From positions 13,702,001 to 13,766,000 of the forward strand of contig NC_043005.1 of NCBI RefSeq assembly GCF_006345805.1: a stretch of DNA of 64,000 nt, read 5' to 3'. Made by a program: the position numbers and the translations under genes. The notes under the pieces were generated by a model. That model did not search any database. It was given only the letters and a program-made list of their open reading frames with translations, and was not told where the DNA came from. Source of the DNA: Octopus sinensis (taxonomy: Eukaryota). How positions within the stretch are numbered: the stretch's first letter is position 1; each line of letters begins with the position of its first letter. Positions 37,765-52,019 of this stretch are shown here, piece by piece.

Positions 37765-38062
37765 CGTGGGACGGCTGAAAAGTTCATAGGCTGACTAAAA
37801 TACTCGTACGGAATGTGACTAAATGAGGTTTATTTCTCAACATAGACCCCCTTGCTGTTCTAAAAAGGCTTTTCCGTCGGTGTTGCAGTGCTTGCATTGC
37901 ATTGGTCAAGAAACTTTCTGTTGGTCATAAAAAAAATAATCATCAACAGTAGATGTGACGTCATCAGCACTGCGACATTGGTTCCCAGTCAAGTGCTTTT
38001 TCATGTTGGAGAACAGATGATAGTCAGATGGGGCCAAATCTAGAGAACAGGGAGTGATCAGT
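37765..38062 (-). mobile_element. Mariner 3' remnant with one TIR
   Basis: TA|CGTGGGACGGCTGAAAAGTTC TIR. Minus peptide PCSLDLAPSDYHLFSNMKKHL. Confidence 0.85.
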
Positions 38063-38511
38063 ATGTATGTGTATATATGTGTGTGTGTGTGTGTGTCTCT
38101 GTCTGTGTCTGTGTGTGTACGTATGTGTGCGTACGCGTGTGCGTACATGTATCTATGTGTCTGATGATACTATTTGCACGCAAGAGCTGCCAAGCCTTTC
38201 TTCAATTTTAGCAATTATCGTAACTTGCTAAGCAATTATTATTATTATTTACAACATTAACAACACCAATTGCATAAAGACGAAGCTGTCCTAGATATTT
38301 GTTGAACCACTTTGATAATTATTCTGAAACTAACCTAAAATTAATTATTCATCTCAATTTTATTTCAGCCCAATTTAACCCAGGCCAACCCTATCGACAT
38401 TTTAAAGATAGTTATATAAATAGGGATACAAATATGCGGGAGCGTCCAGTTAACCATTATCGAAGTAAATAAACCAAATACAACTGTCCTCAAACAAGGG
38501 CAGTGGGTTAA

Positions 38512-38811
38512 TCTTTATATATAAAAGTGAGGTTGAGTGCTGTCTGTCTCCTACGATTTAGATTCCTAACTACTCCCACATTTTGCGGTGCAGTGTAACC
38601 AAAAGCGAGTATCTTATAGTCGTGATTCATATCGAGCCCTTCTGGGTATTAGCGCGCGTCTACGATGAGTCTACGATTTAAAAAAAAAATTACCATCATT
38701 TTTTCCCATTTTAATGTATTTTTTGCTATTATATAAGGGAAGTAACTCTCTAAAAATGCTTATATAGTTATTTCCCTTACAAACCCGAGCAACGCCGGGC
38801 GATACTGCTAG
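38512..38811 (+). mobile_element. Non-autonomous Helitron, complete
   Basis: A|TC...CCCGAGCAACGCCGGG hairpin...CTAG|T, canonical Helitron ends and A^T target. Confidence 0.9.
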
Positions 38812-38847
38812 TATGGTATAATTTAACAATATCATTATGAAAAATAC

Positions 38848-39160
38848 GGCGGCGAGCTGGCAGAATGGTTAGCAGGCCGGTTAATATAATCAACTCATCC
38901 CCTACCCTAAAACCCCTGACCGTCTATCAAAATTTGGAAGCAGTATTATTCTTAAGAATACGGTGATGAGCAGATAAAATTGTTAGCGCTCCGGGTAAAA
39001 TGCTTAGCGGTATTTCGTCAATCTTTTCGTTCTGAGTTCAAAATCCACCGAGGTCGACTTTTATTCTTTTATTCTTTAGAGTCGGTGTAATCGACTTAAC
39101 CAACACGTCCTAAATTGCTGGCCTTGTGCAAAATTTGAAACCATTATTATTATTAAGAAA
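38848..39160 (+). mobile_element. SINE family B fragments (diverged)
   Basis: Head ggcggcgagctggcagaa at 38848; second head and body from ~38965. Confidence 0.65.
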
Positions 39161-39360
39161 AGGGGTAATAGATGTCATTAATGATTTATCGATCAAGTTC
39201 TGTACTTTCCAGTATATTTAATGGAAAAACAAGCTTTTTCTGTACTTTGCTTTTTTTTTTAGATAGAATGATTTTCAATGAGTCGTTCCTTACAATGTCA
39301 GTGGAATTAGAACATCAAATGTCTAATAAGAGACACATACTGGATGAGAGAGTATTAAAA

Positions 39361-39479
39361 TGGAGTGGCTGTGTGGTAAGTAGCTTTCTTACCAAACACA
39401 TGGTTCTGGGTTCAGTCCCACTGCTTGGCACCTTGGGCAAGTGCCTTCTACTATAGCCTCGAGCCGACCAAAGCCTGTC

Positions 39480-39523
<44 letters not shown>

Positions 39524-39802
39524 ATGTGTGTGTGTGTGTGCGTGTGTGTGTGTGTGTGTGTGTGCGTGCGTGTATATGTGTATGTGTGTGTTTGTGTGTC
39601 TGTGTTTGTTCCCCCAACATCGCTTGACAACAGATGCTGGTGTGTTTACCTCCCCCGTAACTTAGCGGTTCGGCAGAAAAGACCGATAGAATAAGTACTA
39701 GGCTTACAAAGAATAAGTCCTGGGATTGATTTGCTCGACTAAAGGCGGTACTCCAGCATGGCCGCAGTCAAATGACTGTAGCAAGTAAGAGTAAAAGAGT
39801 AA
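39361..39802 (+). mobile_element. SINE family A with internal deletion
   Basis: Family match; central domain partly deleted. Confidence 0.9.
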
Positions 39803-41235
39803 AGAATAATAAACCGCGGGCAAAATAATTTTTTCCCAGTTTAAAATAACTTGTTCTAGTTTTCAAAACGTAAAGAAGAAACTTTTACCAAAAGATTATT
39901 TGGTAAGAGATAGCACTGAGCTACAAAAGGTTGTCTCTAGTATTACAGTATTCTGACGTGTGTACTGCTTACACAATCAAATCCGACGATAGTGAACTTC
40001 ATAGGTATTCTACCTTTATTTTTCTTACATCTAAGATTAGTAACCAATTCTGATAATGTCCAAAACACGTTCTTTTCTCTCAACAGATACAAAGGTCTTA
40101 CAGAAAGAGACGTTTTTTCTCACATAAGAAAAACATTTCGGTTGTGTATAACATCGGAAACTTATTTTGTAGTTGGTGGTTTGCTCATCTATTCTGAACC
40201 AGCAGATTTGTGATCAAAATCGTTGCAGATATGATCATCTCATCTTTCTGTTTCAGATATGGGGAATGTAAGACTGTATACAATTCGGGGTCTGGTATGT
40301 TTGTTTAGTTGTTAAAAATTACGGTTGAGAGCAAGTTACTACGACCTAAAAAATAATAATACTGATAACAATTTTCAGAATGTGAACGACTCTTGTTTTA
40401 TAATTTGTCTGTTTTTCTGGATCTCTAGGTAGTACGAATGATGATCTCTAATTAGTATGAATTATTATAAATAACCATAAAGCATTATGAAGAGTGTGAT
40501 AAATATTTTCAATTGGAAGCCTCTGGCAAGAATGTTTCAACTGAATCGAAAAGAAAGGCAAAACATTCTAATCACTCGGATACTATAAGGACACCGTGTT
40601 CAAAACATGATCGGAAAATTGATGTAGGCATTCGGCAAAGAACTTCAGGTTAGTGTGGGCTACATAAACTGTTATGGACATTTTATGCGAGTTGTATGGA
40701 TTGAGGAGAGACTAATTAATGTCTGCAAAGACAGAAGAAAATCTTTATATCCATGCTAGGTGGTTACTTAACGAATATGGCATGCTTTGGTTATTCTCTC
40801 ATGAGAAAAGTTCGACCAAGTCCAAACGTCTGATAGGAAAAATGATAGATGGTTATGTAAAGAGCTTAGTTGCCCATTTTTCATCACCACTATGCCAACC
40901 ATTCCAGTATATTCAGATTCACCAAAACCACTACCACCACTACCACGATCATCATCATCATCATCATCATCATATTGTGGTAAAATCATTTAAGTGCCAG
41001 GGAAAATCATACGTTCTGGCTCCTTTATTCTCACCTCATTTCCCACTATAATCAACTTTTCCTTTCATTCCTCCGGCGTCAGTTATATAATACACCAGCC
41101 AAGTTCAAAAGATAATGGTATTGACTAAATCCTCTCCTTACAACTGTTGGTCATGTGAACAAATAAAAAGAATGCTGAATGTTGTTGTTGTTGAAAATAA
41201 TATGATTATTATTATTGTTGTTGTTATCGTTATTA

Positions 41236-41500
41236 GGGCGGCGAGCTGACAGAATCTGGGAAACAATACTTAGCAGCAACATGCTTAGCGGCATTTCACC
41301 CGTCACCACGTTCTGAGTTCAAATTCCGTCGAGGTCGACTTTGCCTTTCATTCTTTCGGGGGGGGGGTCGATAAATTAAGTACCAGTGAAACACTGGGGT
41401 TTATGTAATCGACTAGTCCCCTCCCCCAAAATTTCTGGTCCCGCGCCTATAATAGAAAGGATTATTATTATTATTATTTATTATTATTATTATTATTATT

Positions 41501-41565
<65 letters not shown>

Positions 41566-41585
41566 TATTATTATTATCATTATTA
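41236..41585 (+). mobile_element. SINE family B, short tail running into (ATT)n/(ATC)n
   Basis: Family match. Confidence 0.85.
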
Positions 41586-42142
41586 TTATTATTATTATCT
41601 GCGGAGCACCACGGATGTGTTTCCGAACGCTTTAAGTGAGTCCTCATTATATTCATTGCTTACATAATTTACATTTTCATTCCAATTTGTTACTGAAAAC
41701 ACCAGGAACCTGTTGGTAGGTTTCTTGTGGTTGACTGGCCCTGTAAGGGGCAACATTCAGCCCTCCAGAAAATCGCCCGAGGGGGCTCCATCGCTGGTGT
41801 CACAGCTATTACCATGATAACAAGTTTCTTGGTTAGCTCCTGGGACCGAGAACAAGGTGATTTTCTTCACAAATTCCTAAACTTCGACTGGCAATGCTGT
41901 AGGGCCATCAGCCTCCGAATCCTGATATTAGTGTTGTCGTCCTTATTTATAGCTCCTCAGAGAAGAAACCCATCATGTGGCCTTTGCTGCCATGCATACT
42001 CAACCGATTATTTTCTACATCTTTAACGGGGGCAGGTTTCTAGGACAGTTATGTGACTTTGAGGAGACATAAGAACCTGGAAGTCCATTCTTACCTCACT
42101 TGATAAAATATTTTTCGTGAATTCCTAACTCAGCATCTCTCT

Positions 42143-42552
42143 CTTTACTCTTTTACTCTTTTATTTGTTTCAGTCATTTGACTGCGGCCATGCTGGAGCA
42201 CCGCCTTTAGTCGAGCAAATCGACCCCGGGACTTATTCTTTGTAAGCCCAGTACTTATTCTATCGGTCTCTTTTTGCCGAACCGCTAAGTGACGGGGACG
42301 TAAACATCCCAGCATCGGTTGTCAAGCAATGCTAGGGGGACAAACACAGACACACAAACTCACACACACACATATATATATATATACATATATACGACAG
42401 GCTTTTTCAGTTTCCGTCTGCCAAATCCACTCACAAGGCATTAGTCGGCCCGGGGCTATAACAGAAGACACTTGCCCAAGATGCCACGCAGTGGGACAGA
42501 ACCCTGAACCATGTGGCTGGTTAGCTAGCTACTTACCACACAGCCACTCCTA
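42143..42552 (-). mobile_element. SINE family A, full length
   Basis: Family match. Confidence 0.95.
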
Positions 42553-42917
42553 CTCATATTTCCCCACAAATGTGAAAACAAGCCACAAATGGATATTACA
42601 ACCAATACCAAAGCCCCTTACTGCCGGCTTTGGATTGATTTGGTTCGTATATCAAGGTATAAATCGATGAATGGATGTTTTGCGTTTGATTTCTGCTCGT
42701 CGTTCCACCTCGGCTCAGTCCTGAAGTGCAAATCCATGTTCACGCGGAATTTATCTCGATAAGCACAAAAATGTTACCCTACACATCACCCAAGGCTTCC
42801 TTTAATTTTGAGGGTATACTGGAGCTAACGAATACAAAGATAGAGAAAGTTTACAAACGTTGTGTTGCCAAAGTAACTTCTTCATCTTATTTAGAGACTC
42901 CATTTGAAAGTAACGTC

Positions 42918-43088
42918 GGCGCAGGAGTGGCTGTGTGGTAAGTAGCTTGCTAACCAGCCACATGGTTTCGGGTTCAGTCCCACTGCGTGGCATCTTGGGC
43001 AAGTGTCTTCTGCTATAGCCCCGGGCCGACCAATGCCTTGTGAGTGGATTTGGTAGACGGAAACTGAAAGAAGCCTGTCGTATATATG

Positions 43089-43120
<32 letters not shown>

Positions 43121-43342
43121 GGGAGTTTGTGCGTCTGTATTTGTCCCCCTAGCATTGCTTGACAACCGATGCTGGTGTGTTTACGTCCCCGTCACTTAGC
43201 GGTTCGGCAAAAGAGACCGATAGAATAAGTACTGGGCTTACAAAGAATAAGTCCTGGGGTCGATTTGATCGACTAAAGGCGGTGCTCCAGCATGGCCGCA
43301 GTCAAATGACTGAAACAAGTAAAAGAGTAAAAGAGTAAAGAG
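42918..43342 (+). mobile_element. SINE family A, full length
   Basis: Family match. Confidence 0.95.
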
Positions 43343-44002
43343 ATTAGCAATATTTTCCACTGATGTTTTGGTGCATAATGCTCAAGTACAAGTGGTGTTG
43401 CTTTTAGCTTTGTTGTTGTTATTAGTGGTGATATTTTTCCTTTTATCAAGTGAGACATTAAAGTCACCTTCGATGCTTTGTAAAGTTGTTTTTGCTTTCA
43501 TTTTCTAAGTGTTTACGTAATGGCACAAATGAACTGTACTCAAGTTTATCAACTTGCCATTGAGAGGACATGGCCTTCGCATGGGTTCTTTCGTCACCAT
43601 TCGAAATAAATTAAAAGAAATCGAGACACAGTGTTCTAATAAGGAGTCATGTTTCCCAAAATGGTCAGAAACAGACAAAAGCTCATTAATTATTAAGTAC
43701 AGTCTTCTCTTGCTGAGATTATACCCTAATTTTCCCTTTGTATTTTCAGTAAGGATTTTCGAATTTTCAATTGTAGTTATAATTTCTTTCCTAATACACG
43801 ATAGAGGTGCGACACTACGGGTTGGTACTGTCAGGAATCGGGGTATTTGCTTATCTATTGATACTGAGCCTATAGTTATTTCCTTTGTGATAATGTTTTA
43901 GAAACAGGATTTTTTTCATTCTACTGTTGCTCTTCATTATTTTTGTTTTCATTGTTCTAGCCTAATTTTCCCATTTCTCCTGGGAATTCAGCTCTAAGGT
44001 GT

Positions 44003-44193
44003 TTCTGTTGTACCTGTATTTCAAAGGGCCGGCCTTGTCACTCTCTGTGTCACGCTGAATATCCCCGAGAATTACGTTAAGGGTACACGTGTCTGTGGAG
44101 TGCTCAGCCACTTACACGTTAACTTCACGAGCAGGCTGTTCCGTTGATCGGATCAACCGGAATCCTCGTCGTCGTAACCAACGGAGTACTTCC
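44003..44193 (+). mobile_element. SINE family C, 5'-truncated
   Basis: Family match. Confidence 0.9.
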
Positions 44194-44430
44194 AATCCAA
44201 TTCCGACAAATTTAATTACTAGACTTCCTCTCTTGTATTATTTATCTTAATCCCCTTGTCTCGATGCTAAGACAGAATTCCGGTACAGCACTGTGGTTTT
44301 CATGGGATCATTAAAATTTTCAAATTCATTTTGACGCCTCCAGACCTTTCTCCCATATTGTGACTAAAAACGGATCTACGTCGAGTTTAGTATCTCTTAT
44401 TATAACTGTTGTGCTTGTTTGACTCATTTG

Positions 44431-44634
44431 CTGGGTACAAATGTATACCGGACAATTTCATTCCTCCAAAGTAGTTGAAATAGCGCATCAGTAAAGCACT
44501 TAAGTCGATGGTATCGATGATACCCTCACCTCAAATACTGGTTTTGTGTCTCAGTGAGAAATCATAAGATAAAGAGTTGGCAAAGAGCGTCGTAATAGAA
44601 TGCTCTGGGTATAAAGGTATACCGGACAATTTCA
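44431..44634. other. 144-bp inverted copy of 45077-45224 flanked by 30-bp direct repeats
   Basis: ctgggta(c/t)aaa(t/g)gtataccggacaatttca at 44431-44460 and 44605-44634. Confidence 0.85.
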
Positions 44635-45119
44635 ACGTGTGTTTTGGCAGTAGCGTTTTCAGTTTTAAAGGTACCACAACTTTAGACTTTGGCACTTAAG
44701 ATTTCCCCGGTACAGAGCTTGAAGTACAACTACGCCCATCAAAAGAGAGGGATATATAATTTCTCTTTTTTCTCTTCTCGTGGATTAGTTCCTGTGGCAA
44801 AGATATGTTGTTCGGTTTCACAAAATTTTCTCATTTATGTTTTTTTCTTGAAACTGTGATAGATCCACAAATTCTATCTGTTCACTTTCTATTGAAGGAT
44901 GATTTACCTTAACGCAGACGCTGTATGACTGAACAGCTGCTTTTGGAATCGCGTCAGAGTTTCTACTGCTACTATTGTTGTTGCTTCTCTTGCTGTCATT
45001 GTTTGAATGTTTGGGACATTCTCTGCGATTAATTGCACATTATAGGGCTTATATAAGGAACCGGAAAAAACGCAAGGCATTCTATTACGACGCTCTTTGC
45101 CAACTCTTTATCTTATGAT

Positions 45120-45310
45120 TTCTCTCTGAAACACAAGACCAGCATTTGAGGTGAGGGACTCGTTGATACCATCGACTTAAGTGCTTTACTGGTGCGCTAT
45201 TTCAACTACTTCGGAGGAATGAAAAGCAAAGTTGACCACGGCTGTATTCGAAGTCAGAACGTAAAGATCGTAACAAATATTACCCGACGTTCTAACCATT
45301 CTGCAAATCC
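45120..45310 (-). mobile_element. SINE family B, old diverged copy
   Basis: Minus: acgttctgacttcgaat...caactttgcttttcattcctccgaag. Confidence 0.7.
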
Positions 45311-45939
45311 AATAATATTAACATTTGGATTAATCTTCACACAAAGCGGTTGATGTTTATAGTAAATAGTATTGTTTGTATCACACAGCGATATTGGGAG
45401 TGTTCAGTGACATAGTGGACTTGAGTCACCTACGGTGCTTTCAAATCTCTAGGAGAAATTCAATAACAGGTATTACAAAAGCAATTTAAGAACAATAAAA
45501 CGATGTAGTAGCCAAACAACAAGTACTAAAAGGTTATGAAACATGAGGTCGTAAATGAAACGGAAATAATTGTCATATATTTAATTTGAATGTTTCCAAA
45601 ACACTGTGTCTTTATACTCTATGTGCTTTTAAATAAAATAGTAAATAACTCGAAATTTTATTGATTGAAATGATTCTTTAGAAAACTGACAATGGTTACT
45701 GTTCTCATTATCAAAGGCACAGTTTGGGTGTTAATTTTAACGTTAATTTTATAACAAATTGTTGTTTTCTCCCTATTCATCCAGAGTTACAACGCTGTCT
45801 GCCTAAGCTTGTAAGAAGAATTGCGATTACTGTCGACTCACTAACATCTTAACATTTCCTGTAAAAATAGATATAAAAATTAAAATATGATAAACATTTT
45901 CGACTGCACACTGCATTAGGTGTTACGGTAATACGATAC

Positions 45940-46170
45940 CGGCGAGCTGGCAGAAACGTTAGCACGGCGGGCGAAATGCTTAGCGGTATTTCGTTTGCGT
46001 TATGTTGTGAGTTCAAATTCCGCCGAGGTCGACTTTGCCTTTCATCCTTTCGGGGCCGATAAATTAAGTACCAGTTACGCACTGGGGACGATGTAATCGA
46101 CTTCATACCTATGTCTGTCCTTGTTTGTCCCCTCTGTGTTTAGCCTTTTGTGGGTAATAAAGAAATAGGT
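45940..46170 (+). mobile_element. SINE family B, long tail
   Basis: Family match. Confidence 0.9.
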
Positions 46171-46550
46171 AATACGATACCACAAATCTTTCAGCCATCT
46201 TCAATGGTTTGAAAGTACTGATTTCTAATGAAAACAAAAAAAAAAAAAACAGATTCATTCAACCCGCTTGTAAAATGTTCTACTCTTGATTGATTTGATC
46301 CCGCTCTTTCATATGTTATTTTTCGTTGTGATGTTCCTTTATTTTGACTCCATGAATTCTAAATATTTGATGAAATTAACTTCCAGCGTCAGCACAGAAG
46401 GTTTCTGGCTCTGTTAACATTTATGCGTTGCTTTGGAAATGTGCTTTACTAAACTTCCTTATTTAACGTCTAAGTGCTTAGCTTAACCTTCTTTTCCAGC
46501 ATCTTTTGTCATTCCTATTTTCAAAATCTCTAACAAACGTGTTGATCGCC

Positions 46551-46937
46551 GGTAAGTAGCTTGGTTACCAACCACATGGGTCCGGGTTCAGTCCCACTGC
46601 GTGACACCTTGGGCAAGTGTCTTCTACTATATCCTCGGGCCGACCAAAGCCTTGTGAGAGGATTTAATAGACGGAAACTGAAAGAAGCCCGTCGTATATA
46701 TGTATATACATATATATGTATGTGTGTGTGTGTATACGTTTGTGTGTCTGTGACAACCGATACTGGTGTGCTTACGTCCCCGTAACTTAGCGGTTCGGCA
46801 AAAGAGACTGACAGAATAAGTACTAGGCTTACAAAGAATATGTCCTGGGGTAGATTTGCTCGACTAAAGGCTGTGCTCCAGCATGGCCATAGTCAAATGA
46901 CTGAAACAAGTAAAAGAGTAAAAGAGTAAAAAGAGTA
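46551..46937 (+). mobile_element. SINE family A (slightly 5'-truncated)
   Basis: Family match. Confidence 0.9.
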
Positions 46938-47599
46938 ATCAGCCTTCTTTCTATAGTTATTAAGGCCACTGACTGTGTCTCACATTTTGAGTCACTTGGT
47001 TTGGAAAATTACAATTTCTTTTCTGTCGCAATAGTTTCCATTATAATTTATCTCATCTATTAGAGATTACGAGGTTTGGTAGTGGTCTTTCATTTAAACA
47101 AACGCTTCATTTATGAAAATAAATGAAGAGTTTGTTTAAATGAAAGACATTGATTCTTAGTTGATTGAACAAAAGCTAGTGACTTTAAAATTATTTAGAG
47201 TGAGAGAAACATCACGAACGATGAAATTAAACTCTTGAGCACGATATACCTTCCTAATGGTATTCAAACATGCCTTATTTCTTTGCTTCTGAAAAACCAA
47301 GCGAGAATATTCCCTGTTATATGAATCGGAATTAGTCGTGTTGCTGCGTGATGAAGTGATTTAAGAGGACATATGTCACTACTGTTAAATGCAAAATTTA
47401 TCATTTTGGACAGGAAGCTTTGTCTTGATTACCTTGTCCAGCTCTTATATATTCGAGTGATTTCAGGCAGACCTGTTGAACTTAAAAACCACATCCTGTA
47501 CAAAAATTATAGAGTTTGTTGTGTGTAGATCTAGCTTTAGCGTTGCTGTGAAGAACATCGATAATTTGATCACAGACTCAGTTGTTACGTGATAGTTCT

Positions 47600-48372
47600 G
47601 TTATGTGCAACCGAGCCAATAGTGTATAATGATATCATCAGTTTTTAAGTCTTTAACAGGCGAAAAGAAAGAAGAAAAAAAAAACAGAAAAAGAAGACGA
47701 CAGAAAAAAGGAAAGAAAAAGAGAGAAAGAAAAATATTTAATTCAAACAGCTTTGTATAAATTTGATGATATTCTCCTGTCATCTTATTCATCCCTCCAG
47801 GGCGTGATGTTAATAACCCGCAAACATATTTCTCCTCATACATTCTGAGAAGTGAAAGCGAAGTAGATTCAGACTATCTTCTGAGAATATGCACTTTCAA
47901 GTCTTCAAAATTGCAGCCGCTTGAAACGAAATGTTCGGCAAGTTCTGTCGAATTACTGTAATTGAGCCTGACGTCGAATCTGTGCCCATTAAACCTTTTT
48001 TGTTTGATTGTTCCGTTGTACAACCAACATAAATTAAGTTGTGTTTCGTGCATTCTGCAGCGTACACGAAATGGGAATCTTTACATGTTCCACCTTCTGA
48101 ATAAATCATAACATTTCCGTTATGATTTCTGATGGAATTCACTTCACTCATGTTGTTGCACAATGAACAGGGATTACCTTTCTTGCGGCTGTTCTTTAAA
48201 GTTCAACGTGTAGATACTTCAATGTTCGTTTTCTTAGAGTCAGATATAGAGGTCAATAATTCTCTTATATTCTTATTCCGTCTAAAGGCTACAATAGGCG
48301 GCTGAGGAAATATCTGTTTGAAGCGAGGATATTTTTTCGCCACATGCTGGTAACTTTCATGCAACACTTTTG
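47600..48372 (-). mobile_element. Penelope-like element, decayed linker + GIY-YIG endonuclease
   Basis: IFPQPPIVAFRRNKNIRELL; FVYAAECTKHNLIYVGCTT; RFNGHRFD; LAEHF; YEEKYVCGLLTSRPGGMN across frameshifts. Confidence 0.88.
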
Positions 48373-48374
48373 AA

Positions 48375-48424
<50 letters not shown>

Positions 48425-48482
48425 TGTGTGTGTATGTGTGTAGAAAGAGAGAGAGAAAGAGAGAGATACATACATAAATACA

Positions 48483-49550
48483 GATCCACTTACGCGACTT
48501 ACCATTGTTCAAATCAGAGATAAGTTTGAGGCAGATTGAACTGTTTAAACTATCCACAAAATGGGAAGCACTCCGTCGGTTACGACGATGAGGGTTCCGG
48601 TTGATCCGAATCAACGGAACAGCCTGCTCGTGAAATTAACGTGTAAGTGGCTGAGCACTCCACAGACACGTGTACCCTTAACGTAGTTCTCGGGGATATT
48701 CAGCGTGACACAGAGAGTGACAAGGCCGGCCCTTTGAAATACAGGTACAACAGAAACAGGAAGAAAGAGTGAGAGAAAGTTGTGGTGAAAGAGTACAGCA
48801 GGGATCACCACCATTCCTACCGGAGCCTCGTGGAGCTTTAGGTGTTTTCGCTCAATAAACACTCACAACGCCCGGTCTGGGAATCGAAACCGCGATCCTA
48901 CGACCGCGAGTCCGCTGCCCTAACCACTGGGCCATTGCGCCTCCACTTATTCACAAAATACGCCCCGAAAGACTGCGAACATTGACGAGACCTACAAAGA
49001 AAAAAAAAAGGTGTTAGGAATATTTTACTCGAATTTAAGAAAATCCGTGCGACAAGGGAGTCTCAAGATAGGAATTTCAAAATCAAGCGTCCATCCCATT
49101 TTGAAACGTTGTCGTTGAATAAGTTACATTCCAAGAATAATCCATGCTGTCAGTAAAAAATGATCCGGAGCGAAGACTGGAGTTTTGCGAGTGGTACTTG
49201 GAAAAATGAGTAGAATCTGCATATATTTTCTAACAAATATTTTTCGGAGTGATAAAGCTACATTTGAATTAAATGCTTCAATTCACTGCGACATTTGGGT
49301 ACCAAAGAATTTGATATTAAGGAGGACAGCATGTTAATTTACCATGCGATACAATCTTATGCGGCCTATCATGAAAAGGATTAATTAGACCATTCCTTTT
49401 TGATGGTTCTATAACTCGTCTCAACTACTTGAACTCACTGCGAAAGTCAGTCATGCTAATAATTCAAGAGTGTTTTGAAAATGTGCAGGTCTATTTCCAA
49501 CAAAATGGGGCACCCAACTCTGGATAGGACGAAGAGGTTGAGTGGAATAC
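48483..49550 (+). pseudogene. Tc1/mariner-superfamily transposase pseudogene (DUF4817-type N-terminal HTH), split by a SINE C
   Basis: PLTRLTIVQIRDKFEAD, KSVRQGSLKIGISKSSVHPILKR, YIPRIIHAV, NDPERRLEFCEWYL, SDKATFELN, PFLFDGSIT, VYFQQNGAP, WIGRRG. Confidence 0.88.
48563..48947 (-). mobile_element. SINE family C, full length, 12-bp TSD TAT(C/T)CACAAAAT
   Basis: TSD at 48551-48562 and 48948-48959. Confidence 0.95.
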
Positions 49551-49649
49551 ATTTAATACATCCAGAAACATTTCATTCGGTACTTTTGCGTATTATCGTT
49601 CAATGACTGCCATCATTTCGACTATTGTTGCCTGTTTTGTACCTTAAAC

Positions 49650-50110
<461 letters not shown>

Positions 50111-50394
50111 ATACATCAAGTATAAACAATTATTGTCTTGCGGATGAATTTGTTTTTAGTAATAAAGCCAATGCTCAAATAACCACAAGGAATGGACGAA
50201 AGCTGCTGATATTTTTTTAGCGCAGGGGCAAATAGGTCTGATAGAATTTATTAGGTAAATAATCTTGTCTTAGTGATTTGTTTCTCAAACAAGAACACAT
50301 TTACTCCTTGGGCATTTTTAGGGCTCTTCGACTTCTCCGTCACATTCACCAACATAAGCAAATTTTAAGATGGATAAATACCACGGACATCAAA

Positions 50395-50966
50395 TATTAT
50401 GTTCCACTTTAGGCACAAGTCCTGAAATTTTGGGGGCGGGAGCCAGTCGATTAGATCGACCCCAGTACGCAACTGGTACATAATTTATCGACTCCGAAAG
50501 GATGAAAGGCAAAGTCGAACTCGGCGAAATTTGAACCCAGAACGTAAAAGCTGACGAAATACCTATTTCTTTACTACCCACAAGAGGCTAAACACAGAGA
50601 GGACAAACATGGACAGACAAACGGATTAAGTCGATTACATCGACCCCAATGCGTAACTGGTACTTATTTAATCGATCCCGAAAGGATAAAAAGCAAAGTC
50701 GAACTCGGCAGAATTTGAACTCAGAACGCAGCGGCAGACGAAATACCTATTTCTGTTTCTTTACTACCCGCAAGGGGCTAAACACAGAGGGGACAAACAA
50801 GGACAGACAAACGGATTAAGTCGATTACATCGACCCCAGTGCGTAACTGGTACTTAATTTATCGACCCCGAAAGGATGAAAGACAAAGTCGACCTCGGCG
50901 GAATTTGAACTCAGAACGCAGCAGCGGACAAAATACCACAAAGCATTTCGCCCGGCGTGCTAACGT
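50395..50966 (-). mobile_element. SINE B multimer: head plus three bodies, last with short tail
   Basis: Junctions GAAATACCTATTTC at ~50557 and ~50740. Confidence 0.9.
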
Positions 50967-51672
50967 ACCACGGTCATCAAATATTGTTATTGGTCTAACA
51001 GCACAACTGTTTTGTTTGTTCGATCTCCCCACCTATACGAAATTAGTAAATTATTAATGTACATGACGTAGCATCTAATTTGTTTTTGTTTTTCTTTACG
51101 AAAATATCCCGGACCCCTCTGAGCATTTCATATAGGTTAGATTTTATTATGGCCTTGGCTGCCTTCTATATTTTCCTTGAGCTTATACAGCAGACAATGG
51201 CGATAAAATTATGCAACATATTGCAGCATTTCTTACTATAATGTGAAGTGTTGATTCCTACTAATTAGAGAGGCTCAGTCCAGAGTTTGTAATCCGTATG
51301 TCGCTAATACGTTCTACTTTTTGCATCAAAACCCTACTTCTTTATATCCATAAAGTTTATGAAATATTACCTACATTTCAATTCTAAAATATAGATATAG
51401 AGATAGGCACTTATGAAGGATGTCAAACAAGGATGTCTGCCACCACTGTAATCCTTCTTAGTACAGGTAGTAAATATACACTAGCAAAATTACCATTCAT
51501 ATACCCACCCACCTACCTACTCTAATTGCATGAAATTATTGCTGGCATTTACTACTTTATGGCAACTACTTATTGCATTGTAAAACTTGGCTGCGTTATT
51601 CTTCTTCTTTTATGAGTTTCATAGCAGACTTTTAATACAAAAGAACAATAATTACCTAACAGATTTAGGTTA

Positions 51673-51894
51673 CCCTTTCAATACTAACCCGGCTGAAACC
51701 GGCTCTGGCTCTGAGTAAAAATGTCTTGTTGTCATTAGTTTTTGAATTAAAATCTTCCACTAAACTTTAGTCACAATTTATATTCCTAACACTATCTGAA
51801 TGATAACTAAGTTATTTTACTAAATTCATTGTTATATTTAAAATTAATTGAAAGAAACACAGAGCATCTCAAAATAAATACAGTAACGAAAGGG
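51673..51894. mobile_element. piggyBac-like MITE
   Basis: Left CCCTTTCAATACT; right AGTAACGAAAGGG|TTAA. The left TTAA is degenerate. Confidence 0.65.
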
Positions 51895-52019
51895 TTAAAG
51901 TTGTCTTGCTATCTACCTTCCATATCTAAGGGCTTATTGTTGAGAGTATGGATGATGAAATCACTGTTGGACAGGCACTTGTTTACATATTCAGTCTTGG
52001 ACTCATTGAGGTAAAGACC

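Noticed and set aside
40719-41051. 110-aa ORF MSAKTEENLYIHARW...
   Set aside because: No recognisable domain; the length is partly due to an (ATC)n poly-His tract.
48611-48862. Recurrent small ORF MFIERKHL... (also 21942, 33347, 36965) and MLGGQTQTH.../CHAVGLNPEPCGW ORFs
   Set aside because: They recur only because they lie in SINE C and SINE A; not a gene family.
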